NCBI GenBank assembly: GCA_024137785.1
Contig: JAHRHZ010000223.1
Coordinates: 11,724,908 to 11,788,907 of the forward strand
Origin: Ginglymostoma cirratum
Taxonomy: Eukaryota
DNA length: 64,000 nt
Direction: 5' to 3'
The stretch's first letter is position 1. Each line of letters starts with the position of its first letter. Shown here in pieces: positions 51,441 to 62,520 of the stretch. The notes below the pieces were generated by a model that saw only the letters and a list, made by a program, of their open reading frames with translations, ran no database searches and was not told the DNA's origin. Made by a program: the position numbers and the translations under genes.

Positions 51441-54400
51441 TTTTGCTTTGTCTCCGGCCTAACTTGTCGCACTTACTTTCCCCAAACCAGAAACCTCTCC
51501 CCCACCCCCACAACAACTCTTCCAGCTGCAGTTTCCTCCTTGTCGAATTAATTCATTCACTTTTGTCTCATCGTAGTGACTCTCCCAAGACATTTTCGAC
51601 TGCAGAACGGTAAAAATAACCCCTGACCAAATGAATGAGTCTAGTAAGAAAAAAATCTATAATCGGATGAATTTTTGTCGTTCTCATTTCATCCTCATTT
51701 CTGTAGGTTTGTGTTTAGTTATCTCATTATCTTTAAAGAATATGTATAACTGTGAGCAGACTGACACAAGCTATGCCTTAACCATAAATGCAGAGTAGCG
51801 ATTGCGAATATTTAAGAAGGAACTTAAAATATACCCCTACACAGCAGCCTTACATGATCCTCAAAGGATTATGAAAGCGCTTTGAGATTTTTGACAGGTC
51901 TGATTTAAGGGTGCGATTATTTGTCAATGTATTCTTCCAGGCAAATCGTCAGTCTTTGCAATATTGAAATTGTCTTTGGAATATCGAAGATAGCTTAGGT
52001 TTTCGAGTGGGGTGTGAACGGTGTAGAGGGAACCCTGACTGTTCTCTCACTTGACCATATAAGTGGTTGCTCTGCACCACCGGGAGGGGCTGAATTGTGT
52101 ATTTTATCTTTTTCATACGTCTTCAAAATCTGCAGCTTTGATTTGGCCGTATAAAAGTGTGACTGTCCGGAGTTTGAACCGTCGGAACACCGATCGATGC
52201 ACAGCAAATTCCGCACGCTTGCTTTCCGCCCGTGGAGAGTGTGAACTCTGCAATATTTATGGTCGGAAAGTGCTTTGAACCGTCCGAGAGTTGTCAGGGG
52301 CGCTACGTAAATGCAAGTCTTCGTTTTTTTAACGTAAAACGACAGACCCTATGATGTTTTCGCAATCTAAGCTGGCGATGAAACGCCAAGAGCTTAATTG
52401 TATTTTTTTTTTAAAAATCACGGGATGAAAAAATACACTCAATTGGTTTTGGCATAATTCAAGGAATGTCCAGTATTGCTGTCGCCAGTATGTGGGCAGG
52501 TATTATTGGTGATTGCGGGTATCGATTGGTTGTATTTGTTTACCACTCGTTTTATAGCAATTCTGACCATGTATTTACATTTCAGACTTGTCCATGGGGA
52601 AGCCTTGTGGCCATTTGGCGGATGTAGAGTGTGTGTAAACCGCTAAAGACTGGGAGAATGCAGCGGCCTGCACCCTGCCGGTTTTAAATAATTGCTCAAG
52701 TCTCAGAGGCCACGGTTCTTGGAGTCACACATGCCCAGATAAACAAGTTGAGTGACGGACCATGTACACTCCTCACCCCTGTCTGAGCAGTTTATCCATC
52801 AAAGAAATAAAGTACAAAGTTATAAAACGATTGATCTGACCCCTGCACGCTTTGAAATCTCACTGCTATTTGCATTGGATCCTCATGTCACTCAGCTCCA
52901 GAATGCAATTGATGTCCATTCTGGAACACCCCGAGTTGTCTCATTCAGTTTCCATCCGGATGTCTGGCTGGCTCAGTGACTCAAAACTACTTTCGCGTCT
53001 ACTAATATTGTGGAACAAATTGTCCCCGTCGCTTTGCAAACACTCCATTAGCACCTCAAATGTTTCAACTCCCCTCTCAGTCAGAAACTTACTTTTTCTC
53101 ATAGAATTCATAGCATCCCTACAGTGTGGAAAAATCTTCTTGCCCCAACAAGTCCACACCGACTTTTGAAATGTAACGACTGTCGTTGAGAGTTCTTTTT
53201 TAGGAAGTTAAAGGAAATAGCAGTTGCTTTCAGGACAAATGAAACTCTTGCTTTCTTTTTTTCGCATTGAGTCACTGTTGTACATCATTGCGAGGGGACT
53301 CAGCTGCCTGTGCCCGCACAGGAGGATCCCTCTAGCAGCGATTCATTTATAGTGTTGGTTTGACAAATAATTGCTGGCTAGCAAAGTAACCGATGAGTCT
53401 TTCGGCCGGCAGTCCAGCACTCCCGCAGTCCTGCGCTCGAACGTCACCCGAGGCTGTAGTCATTTTTCTGCGATCAGCCTGGTCAGAGATATTATTGCGC
53501 ACCTCTGTGGGATCTGAACCCGGGCCATCTAAGGTGGTATCGGTTGTAGGGTCTCTGAAGCGGGACTTGAACCGCCTACTTTCTGCATCAAGGGGAAAGC
53601 TTGACACCCACCGAGGCTGAGGGCACACGCCAAGGTGGCGTCCCATGACTAGAATCTCCGACAATCAATTGTTTTTTGACTCAAATACAGACCCAAAAAA
53701 AGTTGCATAAAAACTTGACAATGATTCATCCGTCTGCTTTAAGCCAGAGAGAAAAAAAACAGAATTCAACGTTACCCCTTTGTCGTTTTTTTTTGCCCAC
53801 GCTCTGGATCTGAATTAAAGCCGTGACAGCCCCCACTCACCAAAGAAAGTGTAACATTTTAAATCGAACTCTCACTCATCCTTTTCAATTCAGATTTGAA
53901 ATCTCTCGAATCCGACTGTAAACGGGACAAACTTCACTGCGCTATTCATGTTGAAAGCATGGACTGTGTGTGTGTAGGGCGAGATTGGGGGGGTTATTAA
54001 GGATAACTTTCCCCTCAAAATCCTTTAAAGTATCGAACGTGTATAGGGATATCCCCCTGTTGAAAGCAATCACATCCCCCCAGATCAACAGCCCGGGGTC
54101 TTTCTGCCAAAACTGAAGCTGATTTTCGTTGTGTTCTGCTCTGTCTGTCTCTCTCAGTGTTACCACCTGAGGACTTAACACCAGGGAGTATTACTGAGGC
54201 ACATCAGGAAGATGTGTCCACTAAAGGCAAGAAACGTTTGACAATAAAACAATTGAATATTCTGTATCTTCCAGAGCATAAAGCTCGGAACTCCAACCTG
54301 CCAATCATTTACTAGGGCTGTTGTTTCTATCAGCAGAACCGCTATCAGTTATTTATGAATCCAAGCAAAGGCACAGAAAACGTGTATACTGCCCCAGGTG

Positions 54401-55560
54401 ACATTTTTTCGTGATTCAGTCTTCTTTTTTTGAATGAACTCCTTAGACAATAGCAATTACATTTTACAAGAAGATTTAGCACTCGTTTAAAAAAAACTAT
54501 ATTTTAAAGCTACAGCTGCCGTGCAAATTGTCTAGGGAAATGCTACACGTTTCTTTTTGTTGTTCCGGGACTTCATGCATGCTCTGAATCAACCTGTTTG
54601 GACATGTTGTCACACAGCTCCAGGACGGGTGAGACTTGAAGCTGGACCTTCTGGTCCGTAGCTAGAGACACGACCACCGCGCCCCCTTTCTAGCTTTGTT
54701 GTTATGATAGAATTCTAAAGCCCCCCAAAAGCGGCAGGTGAATCGAAGGCAGACCCTGGAAGACCCGCGGTTACCGCTTTCCTCCGCTAGGGGTCGCTGT
54801 GTTGGTTCCAAATCCATATTTCACTGGGATTTTTCTCAGCATTTTTTTTACAATCAGCAGCAGACATTGTTTGTCAAATTATTTCACTGCTTTCCAGAGC
54901 GAGTTCGCTGGCAATTCAACGTATGCATCGATTTTATCTTAAAAGTGGTTACTCGTATCCCCTCGCCTGACTTTTCCATTGAGCGCAATAGAGTCATTAA
55001 CTCCAACTATACCTTTTCCCCAAATTACACACAGCCAGGAGCACTTTATGACCAGCAGGTTCTCCCAACTCCAAGTTCAGCATTTTGCTTTCCTTTCCCA
55101 CCTTTTTTTTTCCAGTAACCCTGTCCGGTCTCAGACCATTTAGAAGTAGGAAAATCCCAACGTATAACGTTAGAAAATGCAATCACTCAGTCACTCACGC
55201 ACCATTCCCCGTGTTCCCTTCCCCCCCCACCCCCAACCCACTTCACCTGCCCTTTAGTGGAAAGACAAGAGTTGGGTGACCGAGCAAGAAAATCTGGTCA
55301 ACTCTGACTGAAGTTCAAAGGCCAAGAGAAAGCCTGCGGTAAACAAGATATGCTTGCAGGGGCTTGCCTTTCTAAAATTAATAAGTGCAGTTTGAATCGC
55401 ATTGATACGAGCTGCAAATCAGATAGAAATAGCAGCCGGATACTGCACAACCACCGGACTATGTGGGGTTTATTCCGAAACCAGAGATCGCCACAGCCAT
55501 TTTAACATAGGAGCAACATTTCACAGGTTTAATAGCTCATGACAGTTTAGGTGCAGAATT

Positions 55561-55583
55561 CACACACACACACACACACACAC
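55561..55583. repeat. (CA)n microsatellite
   Basis: cacacacaca run. Confidence 0.95.
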
Positions 55584-55708
55584 CTACTCCAAAATACACA
55601 CTCAGATTTATTCCTCTCAGACTCTGTTCCACAGTTTTGTTTGCTTTTGGTTACCTCGCCAAGCCCCTTAGAGTGACAAAACTTTCTCTCTCTCTCTCTG
55701 TCTGCCGC

Positions 55709-55875
55709 CAGCTGACAGTCAGCTGATGTAGGCTGTGTGATTGACAGTTTAAAAAGTTTTTTTTGCCCGGCTCCCCTCTTTATGCTAAGCAGACAAGCTG
55801 GGACGCCAGCCCATTGGCTACCTCGCGTTAGTCAACTTCCCATTTGAAATCTGACGTCGGGTCCTCTATAAAAGG
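55709..55875 (+). promoter_or_regulatory. MAF proximal promoter
   Basis: Palindrome CAGCTGACAGTCAGCTG (55709-55725), TGATTGACAG (55738-55747), reverse CCAAT ATTGG (55813-55817), CRE-like TGACGTCG (55852-55859), TATAAAA (55867-55873), about 730 nt upstream of the ATG. Confidence 0.7.
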
Positions 55876-56182
55876 GGCGATGCTTTTAAACAGAGAGTCG
55901 GCGATTCCCGTCCTGCAGCTAAAATCGTAACTCGCGCTGGGGGCTTCGCCTGATTTTATTTTATCCCAATCCCAATCCCACCCCTCCCCCTCCAAAGCAG
56001 TAAACCATCGCAATATTATTTTTAATCTGTTTCTCTCTCTCTCTCTCTCTCTGTGCGTGTGTGTGTATTTTACCTCTCTATCTCACACCTCCCCGTCCCT
56101 GCTCGCTCACAGTCTTACCTCCATCACATAGACTGTGAGTGTAAGCAACAGCCACCTACAAAAAAAATACAGAGCGGCCACG

Positions 56183-56361
56183 ATGAAGCAGAGTGAGTGA
56201 GAGAGGGAGAGAGAGAGAGAGAGGGAGAGAGAGTAAGAGAGAAGCAACAATCAGACCGGCTGCGCAGAGTCCATGAAGCTCAGACTTAAAAGAGAGGGGA
56301 AAAGATCGTTTTTTCACCGATGATTCTGCACTGTAACAGATTGGAACTGGAGCAGTCCTAA
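56183..56361 (+). promoter_or_regulatory. Three upstream ORFs in the predicted MAF 5' leader
   Basis: 56183-56200 MKQSE* (GCCACGATG context); 56273-56323 MKLRLKREGKRSFFHR*; 56320-56361 MILHCNRLELEQS*. Confidence 0.55.
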
Positions 56362-56601
56362 CCTCTTCATTTTGCAAACAAAAAATCGCCGAAGTGTGGC
56401 AAAGTCTTCCTAAATCCTAATAGAGAGGGAGAGAGAGAGAGAGAGAGAAAATCCAACCAACCACCAGCAAAAAAAGACAACAAAAAAGGATTCAAACTGG
56501 CTCTCTCCCCGTCTGCTCAGAACAGTCTGATTGCTGCAATCGCTGGCGTTTGTCCTGGCGTTTGGAGAAGTGGGCATCTTCATACCAACTGCAACAAAGC
56601 G

Positions 56602-56990
56602 ATGGCATCCGAGTTGGCAATCAGCAACGCCGACCTACCCAACAGTCCCCTTGCGATGGAATATGTTAATGACTTCGATCTGATGAAATTCGAAGTCAAA
56701 AAGGAGCCGGTGGACTCGGAAGGCAATCCGGGCAGTCACTGCAACCGCATCGGGGGCTCGCTGTCTTCTACGCCAATGAGCACCCCGTGCAGTTCGGTGC
56801 CTCCGTCTCCCAGCTTCAGCGCCCCGAGCCCCGGAGAGCAGAAGGCGGCGCATCTGGAAGACTTTTACTGGATGACCAACTACCAGCAGCTGAACCCGGA
56901 CGCCCTGAGCTTCACGCCGGAGGATGCGGTGGAGGCCCTGATCAGCAGCGCCCATCAGCAGATGCAAGCCGGCTTCGAGAGTTACCGAAG

Positions 56991-57026
<36 letters not shown>

Positions 57027-57573
57027 TGCCCCGGCGGCTGGAGCGGGCTTGGCCGGCGATGAGATGTCTCCAGCCGGCGCTGTGGTGGCTCATCACCACC
57101 ACCATCATCATCACCACCACCACCAGGGGCACCAGCACCCAGCGGCAGGAGGAGGAGTGGGCACTGCCGTGGGCAATGCCGGAGCGAGCACCGGAGGCAT
57201 GCACCCGCACCTGCGGGCCGGCGATGACCGCTTCTCGGATGACCAGCTGGTCACCATGTCGGTGAGGGAGCTGAACCGGCAGCTCCGGGGCGTCAGCAAG
57301 GAGGAGGTGATCCGGCTGAAGCAGAAGCGGCGGACCCTGAAGAACCGCGGCTACGCTCAGTCCTGCCGCTTCAAGCGGGTGCAGCAGAGGCACATGCTGG
57401 AAAGCGAGAAGTCGCAGCTCCAGCAGCAGGTCGAACACTTAAAACAGGAGATCAGCAGGCTGGTGCGGGAGAGGGACGCCTACAAGGAGAAGTACGAGAA
57501 ACTGGTGACCAGCGGCTTCAGAGAAACGGGATCGTCCAGTGACAATCCTTCGTCTCCGGAATTCTTCATGTGA
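56602..57573 (+). CDS. MAF: Transcription factor c-Maf (large Maf bZIP), 323 aa, single-exon form
   Basis: N-terminus MASELA...[22 protein letters not shown]; S/T/P-rich activation domain; His tract; extended homology region and b[58 protein letters not shown]; c-Maf-type C-terminus [13 protein letters not shown]. Confidence 0.97.
56992..57024 (+). repeat. Pure (CAG)11 coding repeat (poly-Gln) in MAF
   Basis: Eleven uninterrupted CAG codons. Confidence 0.95.
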
Positions 57574-58853
57574 GTTTGTGGATTTGCTGTGCCTCACCCT
57601 CAGACCACCCCACACCCCCAACCCCATAAAAAACTTTTTTAAAAACTCTTTTAAAAAAACTGGCGTTTCTCCCTCCCCCCAACCCTGTCATCTCATGCAT
57701 TATATGCTTGCTATATCATTTTTGTGTTTTTTTTAAGTGAAAGGACTATATTATTATCAAACCTGCATGCTGGACATGTATGGATTTAATTAGTTTGTTG
57801 AAAATGGATTTTTTTTTAAAAAATCACTTATGGCATGGCAAGAAATTATATTCGTGACTTTTACGTTTACTCTTTTTGTTTGACTCGGATGCCGCCCCCC
57901 CCCCCCAACAAAAAAGAAAGGAAATGGCATCCTTCATCAACACATCCCTGAAAAAAAAGTTCTGCATCCGCAAGGGGGGAGTTACTTTAACTTTAGTTCG
58001 GGCCTTTGAAAAAACATCAACTCTTTCATTTTGTATGAACTCCTGCAAAAAATGGCAAAATGACAGACTGGATTGCTGTATAACAAAGACTGGGACTGTG
58101 GCTAAGAAAAAAAAACAATTACTGCGTAATGTTTGGGACATTCTATACATAAAGTGGTGTGTTGATTCGCAAAACAGTATATAAATTTATTAAACATTGG
58201 GCTAAACACTTTCCATGCGTTTTGGGCTAACTGTGTAACTCCGTGCAAGTGAATACTTCAATGAGTTCTCAATGTGTGCGTTTGTTTGTGTGCGTGTGTT
58301 GGATGCGATCTAATTTAATTACACTTTTATAGTATATTTGTAGAAAAGGAAAGCTTTGTATAGTATCCCTGCCGGCTGTAGCTGCGAAGTTAAGGCGTGT
58401 TGTGTAGATTATAAAGGGGAAGGTCAATGTAGATTATGTTACTCCCCAATCTATATAAAATCGAATGCACTAAGGTAAGAAGTTTGTTTGAAAATTCACT
58501 TTACTTGCTTTTGTGGATAATTAGTCGGGAAACATCCAGGAATTAATTTACAGGACGGTGCTGCATTGGTCTCCCACTGAAAATAGATACACTTTTTTAT
58601 TAATTGCAGGAGTTCGAGTTTTTTGCAGTTGCGTTTTGCATGTTGGAAAGCGGAAGGTGAACGATGAGTGGCCCTTCGCTTTTCTCATCAGACTGCATTT
58701 CCAAAGCAAAGTCTTATCAAAGGGGAGGAGCCCGTCTTTAATCTCTGAATGTGTGTGTATGCGTGTGTGCCTGTGTGTGAGGTGTTGGAAGGTTACATTT
58801 TCATGGCGCTGTATAATCTCTTCCCCTGTGCGTGAAATACTGAGACTGAATTG

Positions 58854-58866
58854 AAATAAAATAAAA
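58854..58866 (+). terminator. Candidate polyadenylation signals for MAF
   Basis: Overlapping AATAAA hexamers (aaataaaataaaa), about 1.3 kb after the stop codon. Use is unverified. Confidence 0.4.
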
Positions 58867-61800
58867 CGTGTTTTATATATGATATACATTATAGTAAGCA
58901 AATGAAAATAAAATGCAAAAAATACATGTTTAGAACTTTAATGCATTTTAAAAACAATTATGCATGGAAAAAATGGCCACTGCCTGCACAGTGCAAAATG
59001 AACAGAAGTTTTGCTGTTTTACACAATTTTTAGAATCAACATTTTTAGATAGCCAACGTAACCGAATCAGTTTTTACAAGATTCATCTTAGGTGTTGGTG
59101 ATATTTTGTTTGATATTTGTTAGAAATGTCATTTTCTAGGAAGGCTTCCTCTGTGTCTGCGTGTGTGTTTCAGTTCAAATTTAACAAAGACGAGCCGTAA
59201 TAAATTTTGAAATTTGACAGGAGTTTAATACTTTTTTTAAAACTTAAAGTTGTGCAAAGCTCTCAAAAATTATCGGGAATTCTTGGCTAGCCACATGTGA
59301 TTTTAACTCACGTGTGTTGTCTTCCAATTCCCCGCCCTATTTCCTTCAACATATTTTAGAAAATGTTGTTGATTATTTTTAACACGTGTAATGTTGGGAG
59401 GGAGGGGGGCGTTGGAAATATATGCGTAGTTGCTGGGTTTTGTAGATAGGATAAAACTTGCGAAGCACCTGAAAATGGTTACTGCGGCTGTTATTGGGGA
59501 CATTATATTTTACAGGCTTCACACCCGGCTCTCTGTGTAATGCGTTCAGCAATCCGCCAGATCAAAGTTTCTCAGTCACTGGCCAATCGGGTCTATTTTC
59601 ATCCACAGTATTAATTTGAATGCCAAAATTCTATTTGCTCAAGAGTTGAACGTATGGGCAAAACACCAGTTCCTAGTGATAAGTCTAGATGGTTCAAAAT
59701 AGCAACTAAAAGGCGAATACCTTTGTGGGGTTTTTTTAGCTCTAATTTCACAAAAAAATGTTTTTAAAATACTGTTGGCTAATTAACTGGGAAACCCTTC
59801 TTTTTCTACTGTTGAAGAAATTTGCTGTTACACACGTGTGCATTTCCAGAGAAGAAATTCCTCGTCATTACAGGGTCCAACAGGACTGTACTCATTCTGA
59901 ACTGCCAACGGGGCGCAATAGCATTCTAGCAATTCTACTGAAGTCATTCTTTTTATTTCCACCCCAAAGGTTCAAATGCAAATAATCGGATCTGTTAGAA
60001 AGTGCAGTTTAAAATATCAAAGGCAGAAATAAATCCAGGCTCCCTTTTGTGAATTTTCAGGAAAATGATCATTGACAAAAGTCGGAGAGCAGACACATTA
60101 AACTTAGTTTTACATCAGTTCTTCTCTCGATTAATAATCATTTTGCACTATAAGCCCTAAGCAATAATGTATTTTAATATATGATCCTTAATGATCATCT
60201 GTCAGACCGCTGAGTACAAGCTTCGTAATCTCTAGTCATCTTCTGCACTGAAAACGTACCAGATCTAAGCGACTATCTTCACCCAATTATTGGACAGATC
60301 CAGTGTTTAGGAGGCCGAATATTACAGTGATAAAAGAGGAAAATGTCCTTTGAATGTTCCCACAAATCATTGGTGGGATGTATCTGTGAAACGTTACTGC
60401 GAGGAAGAAATAAATAGTCAAAAAGAAAACGCCATTCAGTTTTGTTCAGTTAAGACCAGGTTGATACGATTTCCCCTTGCATAACAGGCCGCTATCGATC
60501 GTTCGGAAGGTCACCAATTGCAAACACAATCGTTTCAGGTTAAAGGGTGGTAAAGGTTAAATCGAGACAAATATATCAATCAGGCCCTCTAATTCGAAAT
60601 GAAAAGCAGTTTAACTCGTTGGGGTCCGCTGCACCAATCTTACAGCAGAAAATCCCTGGACCTAGCGTAGAAAGGGTATTCTAATGAATGAGGTACTGGC
60701 TTGCTCGGTTTTGACGATTCATTTTGTAAATCGTCGACAGTGTTGTGATAGCTCGAGTTTGGAGTGATGCACAACTTCAAAGGGTTCACTGGCGCGTGTT
60801 TTTACAACTCGGCCTAGTTTGACCCGTTCACAAATGTGCGCTGCCTGTTTGTTTGTCACCAGGCTTTGGGGGCCTGTCACGTTTTGAATCATGAAAGCTT
60901 ATTGATGTGAAACAATACGTAACCCCTGATCAGATGTGTCGTGTGATGTCTGGCTATAACATCCACGATAGGAAATGATGTTTTGCATGACTGTCAGAAG
61001 ACCAGCCATTTCAACAAAAAGCGAGCAGCCAGCGTGCAATAGCGACAAAGTCTTCCAGACGGGGTTGACACGAGAGAGGGGTTGACTGGGGCTCGGGGAG
61101 TGGCGGTGGGAAACTAACACACAGCGGTCCTGTCCCCCGCTTCCTTCAATATCTGAAATGAGAGTTTTTGTTATGCCACCCATTTAATCTTGCAACTGGT
61201 GCCACTCACGGATACGCGACAGAATCTTTTGTAATCTGTTGTAATCAATTGACCCCAGATGAGTTACTCTCTATTTTTAATCTAGTATTAGACCCGCTAC
61301 ATTTCTGTAGCTGGACACGAGCAACTTGCAAGGGACACTTCTTCAAAAGTGTAGGGATCAATCGCTGTTCTAGCGCTACAGATACTTCACAGAGTTTCCC
61401 TTTAGACATTCCAGCCCCCTGCAAATGTCAAACCTCGAGAGAGAGGGGGATTTTAAAGAAAAGTGCGACAGAAAATAAGACTCTGGAGATTATTTCAGTC
61501 CCACGTGTTCGGCTTGGTGGTATTTGTGCGGATTAATCGAGGTGAATTAGGGGCATTGTTCAGTTATTCGTTACACAGGATTGTCGAGAATTTTTTTTGT
61601 TTTGCCAAGGCAGTGACTCTGTCCTTTCAGTGGAGCTTTGATTTCCATCAGGGATAAGGCAGGGGGAGAATAAAACGGCTGAGCTTTTGGTTAAAAGTGA
61701 AGGTGGCGTGATGTGACTGAAATCTGAGAGCTCCCAGCTTTAGGCTGTTAAAGTGCAGCGAACAGTGAAACTGCGTGGAGAAGCACAAGTGTCAGAGAGA

Positions 61801-62109
61801 GCCTTACAGTTCAACCTTTCGGTTGTTCCTCTCATAAACGCACACGCACTTTCTGACTTTCTCTCACATACACAGTCCTCCTGCCAGTCTCTCTCTCTCT
61901 TTCGCTCGCACATGCACACCTACTTTCTCTCAGACCAGCTTTGCATTTCCCATGCTTCGCTTCAATTGGTGCACTTCTTCCTCCAGATTTTTGGTTGTGC
62001 ACAATCCAACACATATATTCACATTTCTCTCTGTGTCTGTCGCACGTACTCGATTCCTATGGCTGGTACTGTACATAGAGTAGGTACGTGTAACTTATGT
62101 ATGGGCAGC

Positions 62110-62520
62110 AATGCATGGATCCAGTATCAGAGTTCCGTTCCCAGCAGCGCTGTGTGTACCTACACCCCAAGGACTGCAGTAGTTCAAATAGCACCTTCTT
62201 CTCAAGGGCACTGAAGGATGGGCGATAAATGCCATCCTGTGAAAGAATAAAATACAAGTAGACAGATGGAATTCAGTTTGATGGAGCCCACCGTGTTTTT
62301 TTTTCCGTATTTTTTATTATCCCTGCAGTTGACGTGCTGTTGCTGGTTCTTAGAAAGCGACAGCCATTTCCTTTTCCCTAATAGCTATATCCTTTTCTTC
62401 CTCTTTAACCCAGATATCCAAGTCCCGTCTAAAAGTCACTATTGACATTGCTTCCATCGCCCTTTCAGGTAGCGCATTCCAGAGCATAACATCCCGCTGC
62501 TTTAAAGAAAAAATCACTGT
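62110..62520. mobile_element. Old L2 tail (+, ~62110-62245) and CR1 tail (-, ~62350-62520) remnants
   Basis: ccttcttctcaagggcactgaaggatgggcgataaatg; minus-strand LWNALPE motif. Confidence 0.55.

Noticed and set aside
52075-52092. Second CTCF-like motif
   Set aside because: Mismatch at a core position; too weak to call.
56635-57438. 267-aa antisense ORF over MAF
   Set aside because: Shadow ORF expected from GC-rich codon usage and CAG/CAC repeats on the sense strand; no domain or independent signals.
56602-57573. Alternative identity as MAFB, MAFA or NRL
   Set aside because: [27 protein letters not shown] and the [10 protein letters not shown] terminus match c-Maf rather than its paralogues.
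61168-61240. GYAT peptide resembling part of the human MAF long-isoform tail
   Set aside because: Only four residues match and there is no suitable AG acceptor upstream; likely chance.
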